DNA of 64,000 bases from Candidatus Eiseniibacteriota bacterium (GTDB taxonomy: Bacteria > Eisenbacteria > RBG-16-71-46), in assembly GCA_963717935.1 (NCBI GenBank), contig CAVQXP010000002.1, positions 128,001 through 192,000 of the forward strand, given 5' to 3'. The notes beneath the pieces are model-generated. The model had not been told where the DNA came from. It saw only the letters and a list, made by a program, of their open reading frames with translations, and ran no database searches. Positions within the stretch are counted from its first letter, which is position 1; each line of letters opens with the position of its first letter. Made by a program: the position numbers and the translations under genes. Shown here in pieces: positions 1-9,954 of this stretch.

Positions 1-1001
1 GTCCAGCGTTCGGGCGCCGGGTCCCTCAGGTCCACGCGCAGGATGCGGCTCTTCGGGGCCTTCCAGTTGGTCTGCACGTAGAGCTGGTCGCCCACCACGC
101 TGCCGACGAAGAACCCGGCGAGATCCTTGATGACGGCGGTCAGCGGGCCGTCCGCAGCGAGGTCCTTCACCCACACCTCGCTGCGCTCCCCGGACGAGCC
201 GAAGTAGACGGTGACGATCAGGTAGCGGCCCTCCTCGGAGAGCCCCAGGTCCACGTACTTGTCCGGGCCGTAGCCTTCGCCGAAGACCGCCCGGTCCTCC
301 GCCGCGTCGGTGCCCATCGCGTGATGGAGCACCCGCGGCCCCTCGGGCGTGAACTTCGAGTAGTAGACCCCCTCGCGGTCGGGGGTGATGGCCAGGTTGT
401 AGAACAGCGTGCTCGGCAGCCGGTCGGGCAGGTCCCGGCCGCTGTCCACGTCGCGGAAGGTCACGGTCACCTCGTCGGCGCCGCCGTCGCGCGTCCCGAT
501 GGCGACCAGCTTCCCGTCGAGCGAGATGTCCATGAAGAGGACCGACCTCGAATGGTCGGCCGTCAGCGCGTGCGGATCCACCAGCACCTCGTCCTTTCCG
601 TCCGGGCCCCGGCGCATGTACAGCACGTTCAGGTCCTGGTCGGCGCGGCGCCGGGTGAAGAAGTAGCGCCCGCCGTGCTCGGTGGGCGTGCCCATCGCGT
701 CCACCTTGAGCAATCGCGCGAGGCGCGCCTGGATGGCCTCGAGCCCCGGGACGTCCGCCATCACCGACTTCCGGTAGCGGTTCTGCGCATCGATCCAGGC
801 GCGCGTCTCGGGGGCGTCCTTGGCCTCGAGCCAGCGGTACGGGTCCTCGATCACCACGCCGTGGAGCGTGTCGCGGACGACCTCCACCCGCGTGGGCGGA
901 CAGGGAGGCAGGGCCCGGGCGGGCAGCGCGGCCGCGAGGGTGAGGGCGAGCAGGAGGAGGGGCGCCGGGAAGCGGGGGACGGGACGCTGGATCGTCGGCA
1001 T
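1..1001 (-). CDS. Prolyl oligopeptidase (S9A), secreted; N-terminal part only, runs off the left edge of the window
   Basis: Manual translation from ATG at 1001 gives a signal peptide (LLLLALTLAAALPARA), then PPTRVEVVRDTLHGVVIEDPYRWLE..ETRAWIDAQN, the typical S9A N-terminus and beta-propeller. Not in the ORF track because the stop lies outside the window. Confidence 0.9.
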   Translation of the reverse strand, partial: MPTIQRPVPRFPAPLLLLALTLAAALPARALPPCPPTRVEVVRDTLHGVVIEDPYRWLEAKDAPETRAWIDAQNRYRKSVMADVPGLEAIQARLARLLKVDAMGTPTEHGGRYFFTRRRADQDLNVLYMRRGPDGKDEVLVDPHALTADHSRSVLFMDISLDGKLVAIGTRDGGADEVTVTFRDVDSGRDLPDRLPSTLFYNLAITPDREGVYYSKFTPEGPRVLHHAMGTDAAEDRAVFGEGYGPDKYVDLGLSEEGRYLIVTVYFGSSGERSEVWVKDLAADGPLTAVIKDLAGFFVGSVVGDQLYVQTNWKAPKSRILRVDLRDPAPERW

Positions 1002-1129
1002 GGTCGGGTCTCCGGGGTGGGACAGAGGACGCCGCAGGCTACGCGCCGGATCGGCAGCGAGGCAAGAGCGGCGGGCTGAGCGCGGCATCGGGGAGGGCGG
1101 TCGCGGCGCGCCTTCGCGCGCGCCGATGA

Positions 1130-1165
1130 TTAGGTTTGACGAAATGCCGGATTAGCTTAGGCTAA
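1130..1165 (+). promoter_or_regulatory. Two DtxR/MntR-type operator boxes overlapping a sigma70 promoter
   Basis: TTAGGTTTGACGAA (1130-1143) and near-palindromic TTAGCTTAGGCTAA (1152-1165), 22 bp apart; -35 TTGACG 1136-1141, -10 TAGGCT 1158-1163. Confidence 0.7.
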
Positions 1166-1172
1166 GGCCGCG

Positions 1173-1853
1173 ATGCCTCCGCTCACCAGTTCGAAGCAGG
1201 ATTACCTGAAGGCGCTCTGGGCGCTGGCGCCCGGCGGTGAGCCCGTGCCCACCTCGCGGCTCGCCGCGCAGCTCGGCGTGTCCGCGCCCTCGGTCACGAA
1301 CATGCTCGGACGGCTCGCCGCCGAGGACCTGGTCGCACACGCGCCGCGCGCGGGAGCGCGCCTGACTCCGCGCGGGCGCCGCGCGGCGCTCGGCATGGTG
1401 CGGCGGCACCGCATCCTCGAGACCTTCCTGGTGAAGGTCCTGGGCCTCGACTGGGCCGCGGTCCACGATGACGCCGAGGTGCTCGAGCATCATGTAAGCG
1501 ACCGGGTGCTCGAGGCCCTGGACCGCGTGATGGGACACCCGGCCGAGGATCCGCACGGCTCGCCCATCCCCGACGCGAACGGCCGCCTCGCGCGGCGCAT
1601 CCTGGCGCCGCTGGCGAGCCTGCCGGGTGGGGCGCGCGCCCGGGTGCGCGAGGTGCGCGAGACGGACGGCCGGCGGCTGGCGCGCTGGAAGGAGCTGGGG
1701 CTCGTGCCCGGGGCGCGCGTTCGGGTGTGCGAGGTGCGTGAGGCCGACGGCGTCATCGAGCTGGAGGTCGGAGGCCGCCGCGTCGTGACCGCGGGCGCCA
1801 CGCTCGAGGGCGTGCTGGTCGAGACCGCGCGGGGGGGGACGCATGGGGCCTGA
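1173..1853 (+). CDS. mntR: DtxR/MntR family Mn/Fe-dependent repressor with C-terminal FeoA domain
   Basis: QDYLKAL, wHTH VSAPSVTNML, RRHRILETFL, DAEVLEHH, DPHGSPIP; FeoA-like tail LGLVPGARVRV. Confidence 0.93.
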   Translation: MPPLTSSKQDYLKALWALAPGGEPVPTSRLAAQLGVSAPSVTNMLGRLAAEDLVAHAPRAGARLTPRGRRAALGMVRRHRILETFLVKVLGLDWAAVHDDAEVLEHHVSDRVLEALDRVMGHPAEDPHGSPIPDANGRLARRILAPLASLPGGARARVREVRETDGRRLARWKELGLVPGARVRVCEVREADGVIELEVGGRRVVTAGATLEGVLVETARGGTHGA

Positions 1854-3852
1854 GCGGGGCGGCTCCTCGCTGCCCGAGATGCACGGCACGGTGCCCGTGC
1901 CGTCGGGCGGCCGCTGGCTGCGGCGGATGCTGGCCTTCTCGGGGCCGGCCTATCTGGTGAGCGTGGGCTACATGGACCCGGGCAACTGGGCCACCGACCT
2001 GGCCGGCGGCGCTCGCTTCGGCTACCAGCTCATCTGGGTGCTGCTCGCGAGCAACCTGATGGCCGTGCTCCTGCAGACGCTGTCGGCGCGGCTCGGCGTG
2101 GTGACCGGCAAGGACCTCGCGCAGGAATGCCGCGACTCCTACCCGCGCGCGGTCGCCATCCCGCTCTGGATCGGCGCGGAGGTCGCCATCGTGGCCTGCG
2201 ACCTCGCGGAGGTGCTGGGGGCCGCGATCGGGCTCAAGCTGCTCTTCGGCCTGCCGCTCCTCTGGGGCGTCGTCGTCACCGCGCTCGACGTGCTGCTGCT
2301 GCTCGGGCTCTCGCGCCTGGGCATGCGGCGGCTCGAGGCCGTGATCCTCGTGCTCATCGCCACCATGGGCGGCTGCTTCGCCTTCGAACTCGCGCTCTCG
2401 AAGCCGGTGCTCGGCGAGGTCCTGCGCGGCTTCCTGCCGCGTGGCGAGGATGGCCGGCCCAGCCTCTTCGCGCCGGCGCCCGGCGGCGGCTGGTCGGTGC
2501 TGGGGCTCCACGGCGGCTCGCTCTACATCGCGATCGGGATGCTCGGGGCGACCGTGATGCCGCACAACCTCTACCTGCACAGCGCGCTGGTGCAGAGCCG
2601 CTCGGTCGCGCAGTCGAACCGGGGCAAGCGCGAGGCGGCGCGCATGAACCTGGTGGACTCGGTGGTGGCGCTCAACGCGGCCTTCTTCGTGAACGCCGCG
2701 ATCCTGGTGCTGGCGGCCGCGACGTTCCACGGCAGCGGCCACCAGGACGTGGCACGCCTCGAGGACGCCCATCGCCTGCTCGCGCCGCTGCTCGGCTCCG
2801 GCGCGGCCTCGGTCGTCTTCGCGATCGCGCTGCTCTCCTCGGGCCAGTCCAGCACCATCACCGGGACGCTCGCCGGCCAGGTCGTGATGGAGGGTTTCCT
2901 GCGGCTGCGCATCCAGCCCTGGCTGCGCCGCGTCATCAGCCGCGGACTCGCCATCATCCCCGCGGGACTGGTGATCGGCCTGCACGGCCCGGACGCCGTG
3001 GACGCGCTGCTCGTGCTCTCCCAGGTGGTGTTGAGTCTGCAGCTCTCCTTCGCCGTGATCCCGCTGGTGACCTTCACGGGCGACCGGCGCCGGATGGGCG
3101 ATTTCGTGAATCCGCCCTGGCTCTCGGGGCTGGCCTGGTTCGTCGCCCTCTTCATCGCGGCGCTGAACGGCAAGCTGGTGCTGGACTTCGGCGGGCAGTG
3201 GCTCGCCACCGCGGGGCCCGGCGCCTGGTGGCTCCGCTTCCTCGTGCTGCCCGGGCTCCTCGGCGCCGTCGTCCTGCTCGTCGTCGTCGCGCTCATGCCG
3301 CTCCTGCGGCGCCTGGTTCCGGCGATCGCGCACCTGCCGGTGCGTGTGGGGCCCGCCATGCCCACGTTGCCCATGCTGGCCGAGCGCTCCACCGGCGTGC
3401 GTGTCCTTTCGGCGGTGGGCCCGCGGCGCGTGGCCCTGGCGCTGGAACTGGGCAGTGCCGACGCCGAGGTGCTCGAGCAGGTGCACGGGATGGCGCTGCC
3501 GGCCGACGTCCGCGTCATGCTCATGCACGTGGCCGAGAGCGCGGCGAGCCGCTATCTCGGCCAGGAGGCCCTGGACGAGGAGAGCCGCACCGATCTCGCC
3601 ACCCTCGAGCGGTTGGCCGCCGAGTTGCGCGCGTTCGGGATCGAGACCGGGGTCACGCTGGGCAACGGCGACGTGAAGACCGAACTGGCGCGCCTGGTGA
3701 AGGCATGGGACGCCGACCTGCTCATCACCGGCTCGCACGGTCACCGGCTGCTGGGCGATCTGTTCCTGGGCTCGACCGCCTCGGGGCTGCGGCACCGCGT
3801 CTCCTGCCCGGTGCTGACCATCCGCTCGCGCCGGCCGCAGCCTTCGCGGTGA
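1843..3852 (+). CDS. mntH: Nramp divalent-metal transporter fused to a C-terminal universal stress protein domain
   Basis: YMDPGNW, MPHNLYLHS, GQSSTITGTLAGQ; USP tail ADLLITGSHGH..GSTASGLRHRVSCPVLTI. Confidence 0.93.
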   Translation: MGPERGGSSLPEMHGTVPVPSGGRWLRRMLAFSGPAYLVSVGYMDPGNWATDLAGGARFGYQLIWVLLASNLMAVLLQTLSARLGVVTGKDLAQECRDSYPRAVAIPLWIGAEVAIVACDLAEVLGAAIGLKLLFGLPLLWGVVVTALDVLLLLGLSRLGMRRLEAVILVLIATMGGCFAFELALSKPVLGEVLRGFLPRGEDGRPSLFAPAPGGGWSVLGLHGGSLYIAIGMLGATVMPHNLYLHSALVQSRSVAQSNRGKREAARMNLVDSVVALNAAFFVNAAILVLAAATFHGSGHQDVARLEDAHRLLAPLLGSGAASVVFAIALLSSGQSSTITGTLAGQVVMEGFLRLRIQPWLRRVISRGLAIIPAGLVIGLHGPDAVDALLVLSQVVLSLQLSFAVIPLVTFTGDRRRMGDFVNPPWLSGLAWFVALFIAALNGKLVLDFGGQWLATAGPGAWWLRFLVLPGLLGAVVLLVVVALMPLLRRLVPAIAHLPVRVGPAMPTLPMLAERSTGVRVLSAVGPRRVALALELGSADAEVLEQVHGMALPADVRVMLMHVAESAASRYLGQEALDEESRTDLATLERLAAELRAFGIETGVTLGNGDVKTELARLVKAWDADLLITGSHGHRLLGDLFLGSTASGLRHRVSCPVLTIRSRRPQPSR

Positions 3853-3915
3853 CCGGGGCGAGCGGAGGAGACCGGCGTTTGGCGCGCGCCCCGGGCGCGA
3901 CGTAGACTGCGCGCC

Positions 3916-4404
3916 GTGAGCGAGAGGATCTACTTTGGTTGCCTGGGGGGGACGGTGTCCGACGTGCTCGACGCCGGGCTCGAGATACTGCCCGCCTTCG
4001 AGCTGGCGGCCGTCCCGGTGCTCGACGGCACCGACCGGCCGGGCGAGTGGCCCGCCGTGCGGCGGCGCCTGCGCGCCGAGGGGATCCGCTGCACGCAGAA
4101 CCGCGGCGTGCTGCTGCTTCCGCCCGGCGAGTTGGACCAGTGTGCCTCGGTCGGCCTGTTCCGTGGATTCGACGAGGTCTACCTCTGCACCGAGTGGAAC
4201 GAGGAGTTCGAGACCTTCCCCGTGCGCATCACCTCGGACCTCTCCGACTTCAGCGAGAGCACACCGCTCGGGCTCGAGGACTGGATGCTCGAGGCGGGCT
4301 GCCTGCTCGCGCTGGGGGACGGCGCCGGCCTGAACTTCGCGACCCCCGACCCCGAGATCGCCGAGCGCCTGCGCGCCCGCTTCAAGCCCGCGCGCGGACG
4401 ATGA
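3916..4404 (+). CDS. Hypothetical protein (acidic, 162 aa)
   Basis: Host-like codon usage; -10 TAGACT (3903-3908) 7 nt before GTG; ATGA overlap with the next gene. Confidence 0.7.
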   Translation: MSERIYFGCLGGTVSDVLDAGLEILPAFELAAVPVLDGTDRPGEWPAVRRRLRAEGIRCTQNRGVLLLPPGELDQCASVGLFRGFDEVYLCTEWNEEFETFPVRITSDLSDFSESTPLGLEDWMLEAGCLLALGDGAGLNFATPDPEIAERLRARFKPARGR

Positions 4405-5057
4405 GCTGCGAGGGCGCGTCGCGGCTGGTGGCGCTCGAGCTCGCCGGGCCCGCCGGACCGCTCGAGGCGCTGCTGCAGGAGTGCGACAGCGGGCCACCCG
4501 CCTTCGCGGCGCTGGTCTGCCATCCGCACCCGCTCTACGGGGGCACCCTGCACAACAAGGTCGTGCACCGCGTCGCCTCCACGCTGCACGACCTGGGCGG
4601 CGCCACGCTGCGCTTCAATTTCCGCGGGGTAGGCGGGAGCGCGGGCCGCTTCGACCACGGCACCGGCGAGTTGGAGGACGCCCGCGCGGCGCTCGTCTGG
4701 CTGCGCGCGCACCTGCCCGGCACGGCGCTCCTGGTCGCCGGATTCTCCTTCGGTGCCTGGGTGGCCGCGCGCCTGGCGGCTTCGGAGCCCACGGTGGGGC
4801 GGCTCGTGCTGGTCGGACCGCCCGTGGCGGACGCGGACTTCGCGGCGCTGCGGACCGCGCCGGTCCCCAAGCTCGTCATCCAGGGGACGGCCGACGAAAC
4901 GTGCCCCCTGTCTGCGCTGGAGCCCGAGTTCGCGACCTGGGCCACGCCCCGTCGCCTGGAAACGGTCGAAGGCGCGACCCATTTCTTCGATCGGCGGCTG
5001 GGCGAGCTGGCGAAGGCACTGCGCGAGGGCCTGCGGGGTCCGGGCCCCGTGCTATAG
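4401..5057 (+). CDS. Alpha/beta hydrolase
   Basis: CHPHPLYGGTLHNKVV, LRFNFRGVG, nucleophile GFSFG, QGTADE, GATHFF; start moved to ATG 4401. Confidence 0.88.
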   Translation: MSCEGASRLVALELAGPAGPLEALLQECDSGPPAFAALVCHPHPLYGGTLHNKVVHRVASTLHDLGGATLRFNFRGVGGSAGRFDHGTGELEDARAALVWLRAHLPGTALLVAGFSFGAWVAARLAASEPTVGRLVLVGPPVADADFAALRTAPVPKLVIQGTADETCPLSALEPEFATWATPRRLETVEGATHFFDRRLGELAKALREGLRGPGPVL

Positions 5058-5079
5058 TCCGAGTTCCTTCCATGAACCG

Positions 5080-6159
5080 GTGCCGCGCGTGAGATTCGAC
5101 TGGGGCCGCCTCAAGGCGGTCGTCCTCGAGAGCGACGACTGGGGGCTCTGCGCCTGGTCGGCGGACGACGAGGCGCACCGGGCATTGGCCTCGACCCCCG
5201 TCTTCACGCGCCCGGCCGGATGTGTTTACGGCCGTTCCACGCTCGAGAGCGCCGCCGACGTGCGCGCGTTGCGCGAGACGCTGCTGGAGTTCCGCGGCGC
5301 GGACGGCTCCCCGCCCGTGTGGCAGGCCAACACCGTGATGGCCTCCCCTGACTTCGAGCGGCTGGCCCGCGAGGGCTTCGAGGTCGACGAGCCGCCGCTC
5401 GTGATCTTCCCCGAGACCCCCTCGCGCTGGCGGCGGCCGGGCCTGTGGGACGAGGTGCGGGAGAGCATCGCGGCCGGCGTCTGGTGGCCGGAGCTCCACG
5501 GCCTGCACCACCTGCCCGGACGGGCCTGGCTCGAAGCCCTGCGGCGCGGCGCCGCCGACGCACGGCTGGCCTTCGCCCAGCAGTGTCCGGTGTGCGAGGC
5601 CGTCGAGGCGAGCGGCGAATACGACGCGTCCGAGCCCGTGGCGTCCCGGGAGCGCTCTCTCGAACAGGCGTTCGCGCTCTTCACGCGACTCTTCGGCCGC
5701 CCGCCCGGATCCCTCTGTCCGCCCGACTACCGCTGGGACTCGGTGCTCGAGGCCCAGGCGTCCCGGCTGGGCGTGGCCGTCCTGCAGGGCGCTGCCGAGC
5801 GCGCCGGCGGCTGGCCGCGCGCCCGGCGGCTGCTGCACCGCTGGCGCTGGCCGGAGCAGCGTGGCGGGCTTCTCCGCATGCCGCCGCGCATCGCCTTCGA
5901 GCCGCGCGGCGACGCCGCACCCGGCTCGCGCCTGGGCGCCGGGCGGACGCGCGCGGCGGTGCATGCCGCCTGGGGCCGCGGTCAGCCCGCGGTCGTGAGC
6001 ACCCACCGCCACAACTACGCGCACCTGGACCCGGCCTGGTCCGAGGCGGGCCGCGCGGCGCTCCGCGACTTGCTGCGCGGGCTGTGCGAGGATGGAGCCG
6101 TGTTCCTGACCGATGCGAAGGTGCGCGATCTGGTCACCGGTGGGCGGAGGCCCGGGTGA
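5080..6159 (+). CDS. Polysaccharide deacetylase-like (NodB/CE4-fold) protein
   Basis: VVLESDDWG, ELHGLHH, CPPDY and STHRHNY resemble CE4 motifs; start approximate (GTG 5080 or 5089). Confidence 0.6.
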   Translation: MPRVRFDWGRLKAVVLESDDWGLCAWSADDEAHRALASTPVFTRPAGCVYGRSTLESAADVRALRETLLEFRGADGSPPVWQANTVMASPDFERLAREGFEVDEPPLVIFPETPSRWRRPGLWDEVRESIAAGVWWPELHGLHHLPGRAWLEALRRGAADARLAFAQQCPVCEAVEASGEYDASEPVASRERSLEQAFALFTRLFGRPPGSLCPPDYRWDSVLEAQASRLGVAVLQGAAERAGGWPRARRLLHRWRWPEQRGGLLRMPPRIAFEPRGDAAPGSRLGAGRTRAAVHAAWGRGQPAVVSTHRHNYAHLDPAWSEAGRAALRDLLRGLCEDGAVFLTDAKVRDLVTGGRRPG

Positions 6160-6869
6160 GCCCCGGTGCGGGCTTCGAGGGCCAGCTGCCCTGCGGCCAC
6201 TGGTCGGTGTGGCGCTACAACTGGCTCCCCAACCACAAGCTCGTGCGCGGGCTCGAGCGCGCGCGCCGCCACGCGCACGGCACGCTGCTCGACGTGGGCT
6301 GCGGCTCGCGGCCCTTCGCGCCACTCTTCCGCGGCTTCGCGACGCGCTACCTCGGGCTGGACCTGCCCGGCTCTCCGGAGTACAGCCGCGGCGGGCCCGA
6401 CGTCTACGGCGACGCCGGCAGGCTGCCCATCCGCAGCGGCAGCGTGGACACCGTGCTGAGCCTGTCGGTGTTCGACCTCGTGCACGAGCCTGCCCGGGTG
6501 CTCGCCGAGATGCGGCGCGTCCTGGCTCCGGACGGCGTGCTCATCGTGGAGTTCGTGCAGACCGTGCCGGTCTACCGGTCCTCGCCGGACCTGTGGCGCT
6601 TCACGCGCCTGGGCGTCGAGCGGCTGCTGAGTGACGCTGGCCTCGATGCGGTCGAGATCATCGCGCTCGGGAGTCTGCCCGGCTACGTCGGCTCCGCCAC
6701 CATCGGCTGGCTCAACCGCCTCAACCGGGGCCCCTGGCGCTTCCTCACCGAGCTCCCCGTGCGCCTGCTCTACGTGCTCATCCAGTCCGCCGCCGAGTTG
6801 CTGGACCGGCTCTGGGTGGGCTCGAACGAGGTCATGGCGTTCGTGGTCGTGGCGCGCCTCGGTCCTTGA
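6156..6869 (+). CDS. Class I SAM-dependent methyltransferase
   Basis: LLDVGCGSRP, GDAGRLP..SVDTV, EMRRVLAPDG; GTGA overlap with the upstream gene. Confidence 0.85.
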   Translation: MSPGAGFEGQLPCGHWSVWRYNWLPNHKLVRGLERARRHAHGTLLDVGCGSRPFAPLFRGFATRYLGLDLPGSPEYSRGGPDVYGDAGRLPIRSGSVDTVLSLSVFDLVHEPARVLAEMRRVLAPDGVLIVEFVQTVPVYRSSPDLWRFTRLGVERLLSDAGLDAVEIIALGSLPGYVGSATIGWLNRLNRGPWRFLTELPVRLLYVLIQSAAELLDRLWVGSNEVMAFVVVARLGP

Positions 6870-6902
6870 CCCTGTTCCAAAGCCGATGCTAGGGTCCGAG
6901 TC

Positions 6903-8645
6903 GTGCCTTCGGCCTCACAGAGTCCGCCCCGGCCCGTCGTCCGCCTCCTGCCGCAGCTCGCGGACTTCGCTGCCCAGCACTACGGCGACCTTCCCTTCCT
7001 CCTGCGCTGGACGCCCTCGGGCTGGGAGCCCTGGAGCTTCTGCGAGGCTGCCCGGCGGCTGCACGCCTTCACGGCGCTGCTCGAGCGGGAGGGTGTGAAG
7101 GCCGGCGATCGCGTCGCCATCCAGAGCGAGAACCGCCCGGAGTGGGGACTGGCCTACCTGGCCGCGCTCGAGGCGGGGGCGGTGGTCGTGCCTCTGGACG
7201 CGCTGCTCAAGGAGCACGAGGTGGGCGAGATCCTCGCCCAGTCGGGGGCCCGCTTCTGCGTCGTGAGCGCGCGGCAGCGCCCCGTGGTCGAGAGCGTGCG
7301 GGACTCGCGCCTGCCCGACCTCAGGCTTCTCTCGCTGGACCCGTGCGACGACCTGCCCTCGTGGCCCGTGGCGCAGGAGCGCTTCCCGGACGAGCGGCCG
7401 CGCCCCGAACGCGCCTCGCCCGACGACCTCGCGGTGCTGCTGTTCACCTCCGGGACGACCGGGCAGGCGAAGGCCGTCATGCTGTCGCACTCGAACCTGC
7501 TCCACAACGTCGAGGCGCTGATGCGCGCGATCCCCTACGGGCCGGGCGACCGCATGCTCTCGGTGCTCCCGCTCCACCACACCTTCGAGACCACGATCGG
7601 CTTCCTCTGCCCGATGCGCGGCGGAGGCAGCGTGGCCTACGCCCGCGGGCTCAAGTCGAACGAGCTGCGCGAGGATCTGCGCACGGCGCAGGCGACCATC
7701 CTGGTCGGCGTGCCGCTGCTCTACGAGAAGCTGCTCGCCGCCATCCGCCGCGGCGTCGCCGACGCTCCGCTGGCGAGCCGCCTGCTGGTGCGCGGGCTGC
7801 TCCTCGTGGTGCAGGTGGCGAGCCGCCTGACCGGCGCGCGGCTCGGCGCCCGGCTGCTCCGGCCGCTGCGCGTGAAGGCCGGCCTGGGGCGCATGCGCCT
7901 GTTCGTCTCGGGGGCGGCCGCGCTGCCCCGGGGCGTGTTCTGGGGTTTCGTGAACCTTGGTATCCCCGTGGCCGAGGGCTACGGCCTGACCGAATGCTCG
8001 CCCGTGGTGGCCGCGAACCGCACGGACCGCCCGGAGCCCGGCGCCGTGGGCTACCCGCTCCCGGGCATCGAGGTGCGCATCGACCAGCCGGACGCCGAGG
8101 GCGACGGCGAGATCAAGGTGCGCGGGCCCAACGTGATGCTGGGCTACTTCGGCAATCCGCAGGCCACGGCCGAGGTGCTGCGCGACGGCTGGTTCCTGAC
8201 CGGGGACCTGGGGCGCATCCTCGCCGACGGGCGCCTGAAGATCACCGGGCGCGTGAAGAACATGATCGCGACCGCCGCGGGGAAGAAGATCTACCCCGAA
8301 GAGGTCGAGATCCACCTCGGCAACTCCCCCTACATCCTCGAGGTCGTGGTCGTGGGCGGACGCGACGTGCGCGGCGAGCGCGAGGAGGTGCATGCCCACG
8401 TCTTCCCGGACTTCCAGGCGCTCGGGGCGCTGGCCCGCAGCCAGGGCCGCGCGTTCGACGGAGCCTACGCCGAGGAGGCGCTGCGCCGCGAAGTGGAGAC
8501 CCGCTGCCAGTTGCTGGCGCCCTACAAGCGGGTGAAGCGCGTCATCGTGCGGCGCCAGGAGTTCCCCAAGACCACCACGGGGAAGATCCGGCGTCAGAAC
8601 CTCTCCGCCGAGGCCGCCGAGAAGCAGGCGAACGCGGTCGCGTAG
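6903..8645 (+). CDS. Long-chain acyl-CoA synthetase (AMP-binding family)
   Basis: FTSGTTGQAK, EGYGLTE, GWFLTGDLG, ITGRVKN, PKTTTGKI; promoter TTGACC 6866-6871 / TAGGGT 6890-6895. Confidence 0.9.
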   Translation: MPSASQSPPRPVVRLLPQLADFAAQHYGDLPFLLRWTPSGWEPWSFCEAARRLHAFTALLEREGVKAGDRVAIQSENRPEWGLAYLAALEAGAVVVPLDALLKEHEVGEILAQSGARFCVVSARQRPVVESVRDSRLPDLRLLSLDPCDDLPSWPVAQERFPDERPRPERASPDDLAVLLFTSGTTGQAKAVMLSHSNLLHNVEALMRAIPYGPGDRMLSVLPLHHTFETTIGFLCPMRGGGSVAYARGLKSNELREDLRTAQATILVGVPLLYEKLLAAIRRGVADAPLASRLLVRGLLLVVQVASRLTGARLGARLLRPLRVKAGLGRMRLFVSGAAALPRGVFWGFVNLGIPVAEGYGLTECSPVVAANRTDRPEPGAVGYPLPGIEVRIDQPDAEGDGEIKVRGPNVMLGYFGNPQATAEVLRDGWFLTGDLGRILADGRLKITGRVKNMIATAAGKKIYPEEVEIHLGNSPYILEVVVVGGRDVRGEREEVHAHVFPDFQALGALARSQGRAFDGAYAEEALRREVETRCQLLAPYKRVKRVIVRRQEFPKTTTGKIRRQNLSAEAAEKQANAVA

Positions 8646-8696
8646 GACGGAGCCCGCCCGGGCTCGTCTCCTCCGCGCCGTCGGTCCGCGGCGCGG

Positions 8697-9071
8697 TTAC
8701 TTGTTCTCCGGCCGGTAGAGGACCGCGCCGTCTCCGTCCACGGTCATGATGTGCCGCTGGAGCATGGGCCCCCTGGGCACCATGCCGCCCGACCAGGACT
8801 GCTCGTGGGCGGCGTTGTCGAAGCGCCAGACCAGCACGAACGTGGCGTCGCGGTCCACGCGGAACGGGAACTCCGCCTTCCCGTCGTCGGGGATGGATTC
8901 CCTCACGAAGGTCTGGCCGCCCACGCTCAGGCGCACGCGCGTCATCTCGCGGCCGCTGGTGTTCTCGACGACGGCCTCGTGGCTCGACGGCCTGTTGAGC
9001 AGATCGCCCCGGTGCTGCCAGCCGTACCAGCCGGCGACGACGAACAGGAGAAGGATGAGGAGACGCTTCAT
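8697..9071 (-). CDS. Hypothetical small membrane-anchored or secreted protein
   Basis: N-terminal hydrophobic stretch MKRLLILLLFVVAGWYGW; GGAGG RBS. Confidence 0.7.
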   Translation of the reverse strand: MKRLLILLLFVVAGWYGWQHRGDLLNRPSSHEAVVENTSGREMTRVRLSVGGQTFVRESIPDDGKAEFPFRVDRDATFVLVWRFDNAAHEQSWSGGMVPRGPMLQRHIMTVDGDGAVLYRPENK

Positions 9072-9148
9072 GGATCCCTCCGGGGGGCGCGGCGTCCTGC
9101 GCGAGGCCGGTGCCGCACCGTGGACGCACGCGTCGCGGTGCGCATGGG

Positions 9149-9754
9149 CTAGCCTGGCGCTTCCAGGGGCTTCCGGTCCGGTGCTGCCCGCCGCTCACCC
9201 TCGCGCGGTACCGGCTCGAAAGCCGCCAGCGTCCTCGCGATGAGTACCCGCGCCCCGGCGGGGCCCGGGTTCTCGATCGAGTGCGGGATGTGGCCGTCGA
9301 AGTGGCACGAGTCGCCGGTCCCGAGCATCACCTCCTGCTCACCGTGGAGCAGGCGCACGCTCCCTTCGACGCACAGGAGGCACTCCTCGCCATGGTGGAA
9401 GTGGGACTGCTTTCCGGCCACCGGGTCCGGTGGCAGCTCCAGCATGAGCAGCTCGAGGTTGCGCTTTGGCAGGGCGGACAGCACCTCGGTCCGCGAGGTG
9501 TCGCCGTCGGCCGGGAGTTGCGGCCGCTCCGCCGCGCGCACCACGTGGAGGGTCAAGTCGCCCTCGACGACGAGGTAGGCCACGGAGGTTTGCAGCGCCG
9601 CGGCGAGGTCGCGCAGGGTGGAGAGCGACGGCGAGGTGCGATCGTTCTCGACCTGGCTGATGAAGCCCTTGGACAGGTGGGTCGCGTCGGCGAGCTTCTG
9701 GACCGTCAGGCCGTGGCGCAGGCGCAGGTCCCGGATCTTCCTGCCGAGCTGCAT
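9149..9754 (-). CDS. XRE-family HTH regulator with cupin domain (PuuR-like)
   Basis: LGRKIRDLR..SKGFISQVENDRTSPSLSTL; cupin HFHHGEE..GDSCHFDGHIPHS. Confidence 0.9.
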   Translation of the reverse strand: MQLGRKIRDLRLRHGLTVQKLADATHLSKGFISQVENDRTSPSLSTLRDLAAALQTSVAYLVVEGDLTLHVVRAAERPQLPADGDTSRTEVLSALPKRNLELLMLELPPDPVAGKQSHFHHGEECLLCVEGSVRLLHGEQEVMLGTGDSCHFDGHIPHSIENPGPAGARVLIARTLAAFEPVPREGERRAAPDRKPLEAPG

Positions 9755-9954
9755 GGTCGCATCTCCCGTGGGAGAGGAGGTGGAGGGTGCGGCTTGGATG
9801 CAGGCTAGGATGCGCCGTGCCCGGTGTCAACGGCCGGGGCGGTCCCCATGATTCCGCTTCGGGGAGCCGGGAACAGGGGGCGGCGACGCCGCAGCGGCGT
9901 GGGGGATCGAGGCCGGCGCGGCAGCTTCCGCCGCCGCGCCGGCCCCTCGCACCC

